This document shows positions 1 through 12,385 of a stretch of DNA of 64,000 nucleotides, piece by piece (positions within the stretch are counted from its first letter, which is position 1; the number at the start of each line of letters is the position of its first letter). The position numbers were made by a program, and so were the translations under genes. Source of the stretch: the human T2T-CHM13v2.0 reference genome, Homo sapiens; NCBI RefSeq assembly GCF_009914755.1, contig NC_060931.1, one strand, 5' to 3'. Below the pieces are notes generated by a model, which searched no databases, was not told the DNA's origin, and saw nothing but the letters and a program-made list of their open reading frames with translations.

Positions 1-1264
1 AAACTCCAAAATGATCTCCTTTGACTCCATGTCTCACATCCAGGTCACGCTCATGCAAGAGGTGGGTTCCCATGATCTTGGGCAGCTCCATTCCTGTGGC
101 TTTGCAGGGTACAGCTTCCATCCTGGATGCTTTCATGGGCTGGCATTGAGTGCCTGTGGCTTTTCCAGGTGCATGGTGCTAGCTGTCAGTGGATTTACCA
201 TTCTGGGGTCTGGAGGACAGTGGCCCTCTTCTCACAGCTCCACTAGGCAGTGCCCTACTAGGGACTTCGTGTGGGGACTCCAATCTCACATTTCCCTTCT
301 GCACTGCCCTAGCAGAGGTTCTCCATGAGGGGCCACCCCTGCAACAAACTTCTGCCTGGGCATCCAGGCATTTCCATACATCCTCTCAAATCTAAGCGGA
401 GGTTCTCAAACCTCAATTCTTGACTTCTGTGCAGCCGCAGGCTCAACACCACATGAAAGCTGGCAAGGCTTGGGGCTTCCACTCTCTGAAGCAATAGCCC
501 GAGCTGTACCTTGGCCCCTTTTAATCAAAGCTAGAGCGGCTGGGATGCAGGGCACCAAGTCCCTAGGCTGCACACAAGAGAGGGACCCAGGGCCTGGCCC
601 ATGAAGCCGTTTCTTCCTCCTAAACCTCTGGGCCTGTGATGGGAGTGGCTTCCACAGAGGTCTCTGACATGCCCTGGTGACATTTACCCCATTGTCTTGG
701 TGATTAACATTCAGCTCCTTGTTACTTATGTAAATTTCTGCAGCTGTCTTGAATTTCTCCTCAGAAAATGGGATTTTCCTTTCTATCGCATTGTCAGGCT
801 GCAAAATTTCCAAACTTTTAAGCTCTGCTTCCCTCATAAAACTGAATGCCTTTAACAGCACCCAAGTCACATCTTGAATGCTTTGCTGCTTAAAAATTTC
901 TTCTACCAGATACTCTAAATCATCTCTCTCAAGTTCAAAGTTCTACAAGTCTCTAGGGCAGGGGCAAAATGCCACCAGTCTCTTTGCTAAAACATAACAA
1001 GAGTCACCTTTGCTCCAGTTCCCAACAAGTTCCTCATCTCCATCTGAGACCACCTCAGCCTGGATTTAATTGTCCATATCATGAACAGCATTTTGGTCAA
1101 AGCCATTCAACAAGTCTCTAGGGAGTTCCAAACTTTCCCACATTTTCCTGTCTTCTTTTAAGCCCACCAAACTGTTCCAACCCCTGCCTGTTACCCAGTT
1201 CCAAAGTTGCTTCCACATTTTCAGGTATCTACAGCAGAGCCCCACTCTATTGGTACCAATTTAC
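1..1264 (-). mobile_element. THE1/MST-type (ERVL-MaLR) internal sequence, continues beyond window start
   Basis: Recognisable MaLR internal sequence directly abutting a THE1 LTR; ORF 406..870(-) is the typical degenerate MaLR-int translation. Confidence 0.85.
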
Positions 1265-1618
1265 TGGATTAGTCCATTTTCATACTGCTAATAAAGACAT
1301 ACCCGAGACTGGGCAATTTACAACAGAAAGAGGTTTAATGGGCTTACAGTTCCACGTGGCTGGGGAAGCCTCACAATCATGGCAGAAGGCAAGGAGGAGC
1401 AAGTCATGTCTTACGTGGATGGCAGCAGGCAAAGAGAGAGCTTGTGCAGGGAAACTCCCCCTTATAAAGCCATCAGATCTCATGGGACTTAGTCACTATC
1501 ACAAGAACAGCACAGGAAAGACTTGCCACCATGATTCAATTTCCTCCTACTGGGTCCCTCTCACAACATGTGGGAGTTCAAGATGAGATTTGGGTGGGGA
1601 CACAGCCAAACCATATCA
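1265..1618 (-). mobile_element. THE1A/B-like LTR (5' LTR of an element antisense to CDHR3)
   Basis: Reverse complement begins TGATATGGTTTGGCTGTGTCCCCACCCAAATCTCATCTTGAA, the THE1 LTR start; about 350 bp. Confidence 0.9.
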
Positions 1619-2679
1619 GATACCAACCAACTCCCTTGCCTTCCAGCTTCTAGTTGGCCAATGGGGAGTCCTGGAAAGAGAAGGAGAGGAGGGTCAGGCT
1701 CTCTCTTTGTGAGCTGGGTGCATCCCTTCCCTGCCTGAAGATCTCCATTCCCAAAAGCAGCTCTCTGTCGCAGGACCTGCTTCCTCCACTGGCTTCCCTG
1801 GGCCTAGTGGTGGTAAGGGTGCTTCACTCTCACGAGCCCTGAGATATTGCACCATCTGATGAGATTTCCATATACTCTGTGAGCACCTTCTTCATAGTCC
1901 CTTTACTGACCCCTCCTAGAATGATCCTAATTCACCAGCTGCTTCCTGCTGACACCCCAATAACGTCAGTCACAATCTTAAGCATGTAGTAGGTTCCTAT
2001 CCCAACCTAAGCCCTACAAGTCCATTAGATGGGTGGGGACAGCTGCATGGGTAGTTAGGATTGTGACTTCCACACCTTTACGTGCATAAATTGAGAGATG
2101 TCTGGGCCCAGGGGATGGAGTGGAGACAATTTGCAGCATCACACTTACACTTTCTTTGACATTTTAAATCTGTGCTAGAACTCTTGGGTGGTTCCAGTAC
2201 ATCCTGGGAAGCTCCTGCCCTCTTCTGCCCTCCTGCTCTTCCTTGTTCCTCTGCCCTAAGAGGTAGGGGGTGAAGGTTAAGAAGTGAGAATGCCTGGAGA
2301 GGGCTGTGCTGTCTCAAATCTTCCTTGTCCATTTTCTCTCTTCAGTGCATATCTGTTAATTGTATATTTGGCTTCCTGCAGTCCAGAGTCCCCTGGAGTA
2401 TGGGAGGACAGTTTGCAGACTGTGTTCCATATTAGCTGGTGAAACTGCAATTCGAATATCCTAGACTGTCCAGGCAAGACCAAACAGAGTCCTGCACTTG
2501 ATAATCTTCCCTCCAGATTAGCCCTGAAGGCCAATGTGAAATCCGTAGCTGGACTAACTGCATTTATTACTGAAGATAATCTAACCAAGGCTCAAGTTCC
2601 CTCTTTGGGCTCTTCTAGCGGGAGGAACTCTCAGCCACCCTATGAACGCCAAGATGTGAGGAAGGGCAACGAAAGGGAC

Positions 2680-3360
2680 CCCTCCTCTGCAGTTCCAGGG
2701 GCGGAGGTCTTCAGCCTAAAGCCCAGCCTCGCGTCCCAAGGCTGCATAAGGGCGGGTGCGGAGAGGGCTGAGAAGCCCTGACCTGCAGCACCCGCCATCC
2801 TCCCAGCCTTATACCTTCTCCAGTCCAACTATGTCAAAGCCAAGCACGCAAGCAGGTCAAAACAGAACAAAGTGACAATGGCATGGTTCTGCCACAGTCT
2901 CTGACACTTGCTCTTGAATGTTTGTTCCTTCCTTGGAGGCTGTGGGCGCGGTCTCTGCTGTGGAGTTCTTGAGAGCAGGTGGCAGAGCGGGTGAGGTCAG
3001 CGCGGCTGCTGGAGGCGGTGTGCTGTGCTCCCGCAGGGAGGAGGGCGGCGTGGAGGAGGCGGGCGCCCCCTGCTGCCCGCGCGGGCTCCTGCAGGCTCCC
3101 AGCCTTTCGTACCGTGGCCCCTGAGGCTTTCCCAGGCTGATGATGAATGAGCCCAGGGCCCGACGGAGGCATCCGAGGCACGTGACAACCCCCGCTCTGG
3201 TTGTAAATTGTCAGGCGATTCAGTGAAAGCGCTTTGCAAGCTGTTTGTGAGCAAGAGGCGGAGCAGTTTGGCTGATTCAGAATGGGCTGGACACAGTCAA
3301 CTTTGCATGGGGAGAGAAACATGGTCTGATGGCTGGGAGCGAGGGCAGCTCGCTTTTGAG
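2680..3360. promoter_or_regulatory. Intronic CpG/GC-rich island-like element with CTCF-like motif, GC boxes and E-box
   Basis: Local CpG cluster in non-repeat DNA; GGGCGG boxes; GCAGCAGGGGGCGC on - strand at ~3063-3076; GGCACGTGAC at ~3177-3186. Confidence 0.6.
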
Positions 3361-4559
3361 GCAGGGATTGCTGAATGAGGGGAGTGGCTTTCCAAGTTAG
3401 GCGTTTAGGGGAAGAATACCAACTGTCAGGGACGAATGAGAGAACAGGCCAAGCAGCCCTGGAGGGCCAAGTGAGGAGGCCTCTGTTGGAGTGCCTGAAA
3501 TGTCTGGCTTCGGGACCTTGGATTCTTTAAATGATGCAATCTCCTGGCTTCTGCAGAGTTGAAATCAAGGCTTAGATCCCCAAACCATCTGTGAGCCTGG
3601 ATACTTATGCATGGAAGTTAAAGTTTACAGTGACTCTAACACTGCAGAGGATCAAGTCTGGATACATCCACTTTCCTGGACAGGCCTTGAAAATGCTCGG
3701 AACCACTCTTTCTTCCCCTGTGCAGTGGGGACAAGAATACAAACCTCTCTGAGATGAGGAAATTAGAGATAGTGTTTTTAAAGTGCTTGGTATGATACAG
3801 CATGCAGTTGGTGTTTAATAAGTGGTGTCTCTTCTAAGTCCCTATGAATGAAACCATGACATTGTGCAATCAAGGCAGGAATGTTCAGACTCCAATCCTG
3901 CTGAAATACAGAGGTGATCTTTGCCAATGAGGCATCGTGGAGACTCCATTACACGCTCCAGCAAGCAAACCTGTTATCCTCAGTGGCCCATGACCATTCT
4001 TGCTGTCAGACTTTGCTCCGTATGCACTGAGCCCAGAGCTGATTTTATCTGCCATGAAAAGAGGATGTGGAACAAAGAAGGGAACAGAGTTTGGTTGCAG
4101 AGAGAAGTGTATGCTCCAAGAACCAGATGCTAAGATGGGATTAAATGTGCAAGGCTATTATTAGGGGAGATGCCTGTGGCAGAAAATAGGGAGAGAGATG
4201 GACAAGGCTGGGCAAGTCATCAGATCATGATGCAAGGCTGATCTGAGTGAAGGAAAGAGGGAGAAAAGGTAGTTGGACATGTTCTAGGCTGCCATGCAGT
4301 TAAGGAGTGTTCAGCTAGGGCATTGGGGGTCCTGGAGCCAGTGTCAACTGACATAGGACAGGAATGAGCCTTAGTATCTTTGCCATGACCAGTTGTTGGT
4401 ACGTGGCCTCACCACAAACACAGTGATGGATTTCAGAGCCCAGCAGCTGAGGCCGATGGTCAGTTATGCTCTCATGGTTAAAGGTCTTCCAGGCACATTC
4501 TCATGACAGCCACGATATATTTTTGTAAGAAATTCTACCAAGGCAAAATATGATTAAGA

Positions 4560-5078
4560 TAGGTAGCCAAAACAAACAAAAAAGAAAGAAAAGCCGCAAA
4601 TTCCTCCCTGCTTGCTCTTTATGCATGCTCCTTTGCAATGTGATTTTGCTATTAGCTCCATCAAGAGATGGGTCTCCTTGAATCTGAGCTTGACCACGTG
4701 AATTGCTTTGACCACTGGAGCATTCACAAACATGGCACAACGGAGGCTTGAAAAATGCATGTGCCTTGGGACTTGCCCTCTCTTGTTACTTTTGGAACCA
4801 GAGACCTCCATGCAATGAGCCTAGACTAGCCTCCTAGAAGATGAGGACAAGAAGAAGCAGAAATCAAGCACCTTCCCACCACCAGGCATGTGAGTGAGGC
4901 CATCCTAGACTGTCCAGCCCCAGCCAAGCTGTCAGTGACCACAGAGACCAGCTAAGCCAAACTAAAACCGAAAGGACTGTGGGAAAACCTATAGTACTGT
5001 GAGAAACCATAAATGCTTGTTGTTTTAATTCACTCAGTTTTGGGACAGTGTGTTATGTAGTAAAAACTAATTGATATC
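4560..5078 (+). mobile_element. MLT1-family (ERVL-MaLR) LTR
   Basis: Characteristic MLT1 3' end (aaatgcttgttgttttaa...ttttgggacagtgtgttatgtag...aattgata) and internal gccatcctagactgtccagcccc. Confidence 0.65.
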
Positions 5079-5519
5079 ATTTATGTCCATTTTATAGATG
5101 GAGGAACTGAAACCTGGAGACATGAGAAAGCCCCTCAATGAATGGAAGTCTCAAGGTGTTCATTGGTCTTCCTCAGAGCCTCCTACAGCAAGCTGGGCTT
5201 GATCGGAAGGCTCTGAGTTTGGGGGTAGCTTTACTCATTTGTGTTATTTGCCTAAACCCTGGAGTCTACTGAGATCGAGACCCCCGAATTTGATCATTAA
5301 TAAATCTCTTTTGGATGAATAATATAAAGGTGTTAGGAGGCCCTTCTAGGCCATTGAAGCCACTAGAACAGAAGTCAAGGAATTCTCAATCTTCAAAGCA
5401 TGGGAAATGAGGGGTACAGGGATTCTCCCTAGCCCAGTTAGAAACTCCTTCAGGCAGGACGTAAAATTTATATTTCTCTTCTATTCTTCTTCACTACTGT
5501 GCTAGTCTTATAAGTCTAT

Positions 5520-6150
5520 TGTTCATTCATTCAACAAATACTTATTGAGTGTGCCAAGAAAAAAGCAAAGATCTTTGCCCTCATAGAGTTTACTTTCTAG
5601 GAGGGAAATAGAAAATAAGCAGAATAAATAAGAGAAATATATGGTGTACCAGATAATGATGTGTGCTAGGAATTAAAAATAAAGAGGGGAATAGGAGAGG
5701 AAGTACCGGGCAGGGAACATTGCCATTCTAGATAGGGTAGCCTCACTGATAAGGTGACATTTGATTAGATAGATGAAAGAAAGTGAAAGTGGGAGTCACG
5801 TGAGTATTTGTGGGGAGAGGATTCCACAGCTAGTGCAGGGAAGCTGAGGCCAGAGCCTCATGAAGAGCTCAGGGAGCACCAGAAGGCCAGAGTGGCAGGA
5901 GGAGAGTGAACAAGGAGAAGAGCTAGTGGGAGACGAGTTCAGAGAGGAAAAGGAGGGCACGTCATGAAGCGTCCTGCAGATCAAAGGTGGGACTTTGAGT
6001 GAAATGAGGAGCCATTTGGGACTTAGGAGCAGAGGAGTGACGTGATCTGACAACATGTTAGCAGGATCCCTCTGGCCGCTGTGTTTAAAATAGCCCAAAA
6101 GGTAGCAAGGGCAGAATCAGGGAGACCAGTTAGGAGGTGACTGCAATGAC
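5520..6150 (-). mobile_element. L2 LINE 3' fragment
   Basis: ttcattcattcaacaaatacttattgag terminus and typical L2 body (gagccatttgg...agcagaggagtgacgtgatctga...gggagaccagttaggagg). Confidence 0.75.
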
Positions 6151-6266
6151 CATGGACTTACTTTGAATTGCAGTTAAAGTAGAGGTGTCTAGCCCAGGGC
6201 CCATGTGAGAAGGAACAGTCGATTACCATTTATTGGGGGAAATACTGGATTGTGTCTTTTCACCAG

Positions 6267-6438
6267 CATTATGGTGCCGGAAAGAACAGCCAAGGGGACG
6301 TTGCTTCTTGACCTAAACAAGTTCTGCTTTGATGATGACAGTGAGGCACCAAACAACAGATTCAACTTCACCATGCCATCTGGAGTGGGGAGCGGCAGCA
6401 GATTTTTACAGGATCCAGCTGGCTCTGGGAAGATTGTG
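6267..6438 (+). CDS. CDHR3: CDHR3 coding exon (probably exon 9), cadherin repeat: IMVPERTAKGTLLLDLNKFCFDDDSEAPNNRFNF...GSGKIV
   Basis: cag| acceptor, |gtcagt donor, 172 nt; PE and DxD cadherin motifs; matches CDHR3 protein as I recall it. Confidence 0.95.
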
Positions 6439-7361
6439 GTCAGTTAATGGTCATTGCATCATTAAAAGGGCATCGGGAATTGGTCCAACATGCATCATGC
6501 TTTTGCTGCCCCATAGAGAGAAATTTCCAAGGTAACCCCCTCTCAGAGCGACTGTAACTGACAGGCTTAATAGTGAGTCTGTGTTCCCCATTCGCTCTTT
6601 ATTTTACCCTGGTTCCAGGAATCATTTGTTACACATAGTTGTGCCTGGGCTGCTGAGGACTGGATTCTTCCTTGCATAGCATGCAGTTTGTGTGCCTGCT
6701 TAGCGTGCCTTCACAGACACGTCAGTGCCCTCTGTGCTCAGGCACTTTTGTTTATTTGAATGCTCATTCCCGGCCCATAGAGCTGTGAGGTGAGAGAAAG
6801 CAGGGCCAGGACCTTGAGTATGTCTGGATAAATTCCACACCGTAGAACCACTGGAGACCAGAGGAGAGTGAGACAGTGAGGATGTGTAGGAAGCCCCCTC
6901 CCTGGCAACTTCAAGGGACAAAAGCTGCATTGGAAGAAGGATGGGCATGAAAAGTGGGTCCCAATGATTTGAGTTAGACCTTTCCTTACAGAGCTCCTGC
7001 TGGAAGGTGGTGGGGAAGGAGAAGAGAAAAATGAAAGGGCTGGGAAAGCAGCAGCCTCAGGGAGGGAAGCCAGCAACCCGCTACCCTTCCCCTCACCCAG
7101 CTTTCTTCTCCACCTCCCATCCCAAGCCCTTCTTCAATCCCCAAGAACATCTCACCCAGTTTATTCATAGTACCATCTTAAAAATAATTTCTATTTTTTT
7201 CTGTTTAGGAAATTAATACATGTTCTCTGTAGAAAATATAGAAAGCACAGAAAAGCATCACCATTCACTGATAACCAGTGTTAGTAGTTTGGTACATGTC
7301 CTTCTTTTCTTTTTTCTATAGATATATTTTATGTGTATTTTATACATATATGCATAGGTAT

Positions 7362-7642
7362 TTTTTATTTTTATTATTTTTTTAAGAGACCATGTCTCGC
7401 TCTGTCACCCAGGCTGGAGTGCAGTGGTTCAATCATAGCTCACCACAGCCTTGAACTCCTAGGCCCAAGTGATCCTCACATTTCAGCCTCCCTAGCAGCT
7501 GGGACTACAGGAGTGCGCCACTGTGCCTGGCTTATTTTTTAGCTTTTTCTAGAGCTTTTCTCAAGCTCCCGGTCTCAGGCAATCCTCCCACCTCCACCTC
7601 CCCAAGTGCTGGGATTATAGGCATGAGCTACTGTGCCTAGCC
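7362..7642 (-). mobile_element. Alu (AluJ-like, internally deleted)
   Basis: Reverse-complement Alu with T-rich tail. Confidence 0.9.
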
Positions 7643-7661
7643 TGCATATGAATTTTAGATA

Positions 7662-8190
7662 CAGTAGTGCTCCCTTATCCACCGGGGATATGTTCCAAGA
7701 CCCCTAGTGAATGCTCGAAACCACAGATAGTACCAGACCCTACATATGTTATGTTTTTTCCTTCTATACATAGATACCTATGGTAAGTTTAATTTATAAA
7801 TTAGGTACGGTAAGTATTGACAATAATAGTGAATAATAAAATAGAAAAAGTATAACAAAATACTATAACAAAAGTTATGTGACACTGGGCATGGTGGTGC
7901 ACACCCATAGTCCCAACTACTTGAGGCTGAGATGGGAGGATCATTTGAGGCCACGAGTTTGAGGCTGCAGTGAGCTATGATTACACCTGTGAATAGCCAC
8001 TGCACACCAGCCTGGGCAACAAAGGGGACCCCTATCTCTAAAAAACAATAAAGAAAACCAGTTATGTGAATATGGCTTCTCTCTCTCAAAATATATTATA
8101 GTACTGTACTCACTATTTTCAGACTGTGGTTGACTCCAAGTAACTGAAACTGTCAAAAGCAAAACCACAGATAATAAGGGGGGACTACTA
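7662..8190. mobile_element. MER44A-like Tigger (TcMar) MITE, interrupted by an Alu monomer
   Basis: Terminal inverted repeats cagtagtgctcccttatcc ... gataataaggggggactacta, flanked by TA on both sides. Confidence 0.75.
7883..8055 (+). mobile_element. FAM-like fossil Alu monomer nested in the MITE
   Basis: Monomer retaining 7SL-like gtgaatagccactgcac; duplicated target AGTTATGTGA on both sides. Confidence 0.75.
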
Positions 8191-8517
8191 TAATGAAACA
8201 GCCCTGCATATAAGATTCAATTTTGTGCTTTTCTTCAACGAATCTGAAGTTGTGATCCTGTGCTGTTGAGCAATAGTGCTTAATGAACATCTTTGTACAT
8301 AGATTCTGTCTCCTGGTAAATTATTTCCATAAGTTCACTAGCAGTGAGCAAAGGTATGGTCATAACTTTTTAAAGCTCCTAATTTTTATGGGCAAAGTGT
8401 TTGCCAAAAGCGTTTTGCCAATTTATATATCCACTAGCAGTATATGAAAATGTCTCTCGCAGCCCAATAAATAGGATTGTTTAATCTGTATAATCTACTA
8501 TCTCTGTTTTAATCTAG

Positions 8518-8620
8518 CTGATTGGTGATCTAGACTACGAAAATCCAAGTAACCTAGCAGCCGGCAATAAATATACGGTGATAATCCAGGTGCAGGATGT
8601 GGCCCCCCCTTACTATAAAA
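8518..8620 (+). CDS. CDHR3: CDHR3 coding exon (probably exon 10): LIGDLDYENPSNLAAGNKYTVIIQVQDVAPPYYK(N)
   Basis: tag| acceptor; LDYE cadherin motif; 103 nt; frame with the next exon requires the GC donor |gcaagt. Confidence 0.93.
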
Positions 8621-9333
8621 GCAAGTATCATTTTGTTTTATTTCATGATTGTCTTTCTTGAGTATCAATGACCAAACTCTGCTGGGCAATACTAGGTATT
8701 GTGCTAGGTCCCCCTTCTCACTAGTACTGCCCTCATGCGGGGACCCCCTCTTTCTCGGCTGAATTACAACACTTAAGAGTCTTTGAAGGGAAATGCAAAT
8801 GCCATCATATGACTTCCTTGGTTAAAGCCTTCGAGCATCTCCTGTAGCTGTCAAGTTCAAGTTCCAACTCTTTGACTTGGCATACAAGATTTTTCACCAT
8901 TCGGTTGCTGCTTAATTCTCCAGCTTCACCTCCTGTCACTTGCTTCCAAGCCCCCATTTTTTTCCAACTGGGCAAACAGCTTGAAGTTTTCCAGAGTGAA
9001 TTATGTGGTTTTATACCTTGGCATTTTTGCATATGCCTACAACACCCCCCAATCTCCTCCCTGCCCCATTTGTCTAATTCTATCCTTATAAGGCTCAGCT
9101 TGTTCATTCTCCTGGAAGCTGTTCCTACTCTGGGTTCTGTAGTGCTCTGTGTGCTCATGCGCTTATCAAAGGGTGAACACCCTCGGCATCTAAAAGGCAG
9201 GAGCTCCCATGTCTTAGCCACCTGGTATCCCCTATGCGCAAAGCCTGTACACAGGAGATTCTTTAAAGATGTTGAATAAACAAATGGATGAGTATGGATT
9301 TGTGATTAAATGTGTTTCTATTTCCATTTTTAG

Positions 9334-9432
9334 ATAACGTCTACGTTTATATCCTAACAAGCCCAGAAAATGAGTTTCCTCTCATTTTTGATAGGCCATC
9401 CTATGTATTTGATGTGTCAGAAAGAAGGCCCG
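9334..9432 (+). CDS. CDHR3: CDHR3 coding exon (probably exon 11): NVYVYILTSPENEFPLIFDRPSYVFDVSERRP
   Basis: ttttag| acceptor, |gtaagt donor, 99 nt, phase 1-1. Confidence 0.95.
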
Positions 9433-10650
9433 GTAAGTAACAGATAAGACACAGACCAGAGTGCTGTCAATGGACTCCATCCAAACGTGTGTTCTGTGGA
9501 GTGGAAAACTCCCTTCTGGAGGCCTCGCATGCTGTTTTGCACAGTGATTCACAGCTGATTAGTATTTATTGCACCTCTTATTTCTTTTAAATTTTCCTCG
9601 CTGCTGAGGAGCCCTTCAGGTGAAACTTGGACTTTTGAAAACTGTTGGTTAAACTGCATTTCTCAGAAGCCTCTGATTGCTTCCTTGCCTGTTTGCCTGA
9701 TTCCGCTAATCCTCCCTTTTCCAGGTTTAAGTTTTCTCTTGGTCTCCACTGTGAGTTTTATCCAGCTCACTCAGAGAATTAAAATTTAAAAACAGAAAAG
9801 GTTTCCCATTTCTATATTTCCTTCATTTACAAACAAAATAAAGGCATTTTCTCTCTCCCCTACTAAGATTCCCTGAAGGCCTTCTTTTCTGCCCTTTACA
9901 ACACCCTGCTTTTTGCAGGCTCCTCCCCCTTTAAGGAAAAGACTCACTCCCCACTTCCAGCTTCACTTTCTGCCTCCCTCTCGCTCTCTCAGTTTGAAGG
10001 TAATACTATAAATGCTCTAGTGTAATAGACTCCCCACAGCCGTTCATCTTTAGATCATGGATACTTTTTCCATATTAAAAACAACAACAACAAATGAAAC
10101 CAAAACCAAAACGCTCCCTCTAAAATGATCCATTCTCTTTAGGATGGTCTCCATTTCCTGACATTAAGTTTTCAAGCAAAATGCAAAATGCAAGTCCAAA
10201 GAAAATGCTTTTAATTTCTTATACCTTATCCAGTGAATAACAAATTCGAAAGGAATAGGCTTTCTGGGAATTCACAGATCTTACTGCAGTTCTTTTTGAT
10301 CACCTACTTTGGGTTACAAACTTAGTGCTGGGATACAGAATTGAAAAAGAGAAGGTTCTGCCCTTGAGGAGTGTAATTTATGAGAAGGAACTCCTACAAA
10401 ACAAGCCAGAATGCTAGCAGACCCACCAACAATATTTGTAAAAATTGCAAAATGGAAGAGGATTTAAAAATCTATAATCTGTAATCATCAATTACTAAAT
10501 TCTTTAACAATTATTTATTTTTAAAAGAGCAATTCATGCTCATTATAGAAAATTGAAAAACACGGGACTTTTAGACAATACTGCTGCAAAGAGATGTATG
10601 TGTGAGGTTGTATGTTCTTTGTACTATTGTTTCTGATAGCAAAATGATTA

Positions 10651-11040
<390 letters not shown>

Positions 11041-11252
11041 TCACAGGACTGCTTGGATCATAGGGTCAGTTACCTAGCGGGTGTTGGTTAGCATTATTTC
11101 AATTTAGTAGAATTGAAGCTATAAAACAGAGTTTGGACAGCAAGGAGGCCTCCAGAAGTCCTTCTTACCATGGCAGTTAGGACATCTGTTCCTGAATCAT
11201 CCTTCTCTACCCCTTAAAAGCAGGACTTATTGCAGGTACTTTATTCCTCCAG

Positions 11253-11479
11253 CCAGAACCCGAGTGGGACAGGTGCGAGCCACTGATAAAGACCTCCCCC
11301 AGAGCAGCCTCCTGTACTCCATCTCCACTGGAGGGGCCAGCCTCCAGTATCCAAATGTATTTTGGATTAATCCCAAGACAGGAGAACTCCAGCTGGTAAC
11401 TAAAGTGGACTGTGAAACAACCCCCATCTATATTCTCAGAATCCAGGCCACCAACAACGAAGACACAAGCTCTGTCACT
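11253..11479 (+). CDS. CDHR3: CDHR3 coding exon (probably exon 12) containing codon 529: RTRVGQVRATDKDLPQ...TGELQLVTKVDCETTPIYILRIQATNNEDTSSVT
   Basis: cag| acceptor, |gtgagt donor, 227 nt; ATDKD and INPKTGE cadherin motifs. Confidence 0.96.
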
Positions 11480-11641
11480 GTGAGTGGTGCTGCTTGGTAT
11501 AGTGCCGGTAACCCAACTGGTTGACTTAGGGTCTCTCTGGCACCCCCAGAGTGTGGATGTGGCAATGAGGAAACTTCCCAGGGTACATCCTGCGGATGTG
11601 GTGAGAAACAAGTAAAGGTGCCCTGGGAAATAAAGATCCAC

Positions 11642-11942
11642 ATTTTTCTTTTTTCGTTTTTGAGGCAGGGTCTCGCTCTGTTGCCCAGGATGGAGTACAG
11701 TGGTGTAACCTTGGCTCACTGCAACTTCCACCTCCTGGGCTTAAGCGATTCTCGTGCCTCAGCCTCTCAAGTAGCTGGGATTGCAAGTGTGCACCACCGT
11801 GCGCAGCTAATTTTTGTATTTTTAGTAGAGACGGGTTTCTCCATGTTGGCCAGGCTGGTCTCGAACTCCTGACCTCAAGTAATCCACTCGCCTCAGCCTC
11901 TCAAAGTGCTAGGATTATAGGCGTGAGCCACTGCACCCAGCC
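11642..11942 (-). mobile_element. Alu (AluS/J-like)
   Basis: Full reverse-complement Alu. Confidence 0.95.
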
Positions 11943-12209
11943 CCATATTTTTTTGAGGCCCAAGTTTGCGGGTGACTGACAAAAGCACTAAAGTTGTTGG
12001 CCAGATATTAGAATGTCTGGTGGACCCACAAAGCCACTTTGTGGGACAAGGTTCCTCTTGTGGCCCTGTAAATCTTGCTTTGCCTTCACTGAAGGCTGTT
12101 GGTGAAATGCACACTTCCTAGAAGTTGAGTGTGGTTTTGGAGTTATGCATTTCCTCCCCAGGAGCAGTTATGCCGTGTTCCTACCCTGCCTCTATGCATA
12201 CCAGATGGG

Positions 12210-12385
12210 GTAGATCTTAAAACGATGCTGTGCTGCTATCTTGCTTCCCAACCTTTGAGGCTGAGAATGTTGTTACAGGCAGATTCTGAGTCAGAGGGTC
12301 TGGGGCCTGAGATTCTGCATTTCTGACGTGCTTCCAAGTGGGGCGGCGCTGCTGGTCCCCTGCCACACCTCGAGTTGCAGGGACC
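12210..12385. mobile_element. MER5A-like hAT-Charlie fragment
   Basis: gcagattctgagtcagagggtctggggcctgagattctgcatttct core. Confidence 0.6.

Noticed and set aside
406-870. 154-aa ORF
   Set aside because: Degenerate MaLR internal sequence
2834-3322. Overlapping ORFs in the GC-rich patch
   Set aside because: Expected from stop-codon scarcity in GC-rich DNA
11207-11731. 174-aa antisense ORF over exon 12
   Set aside because: Starts in an Alu and is the shadow frame of a coding exon
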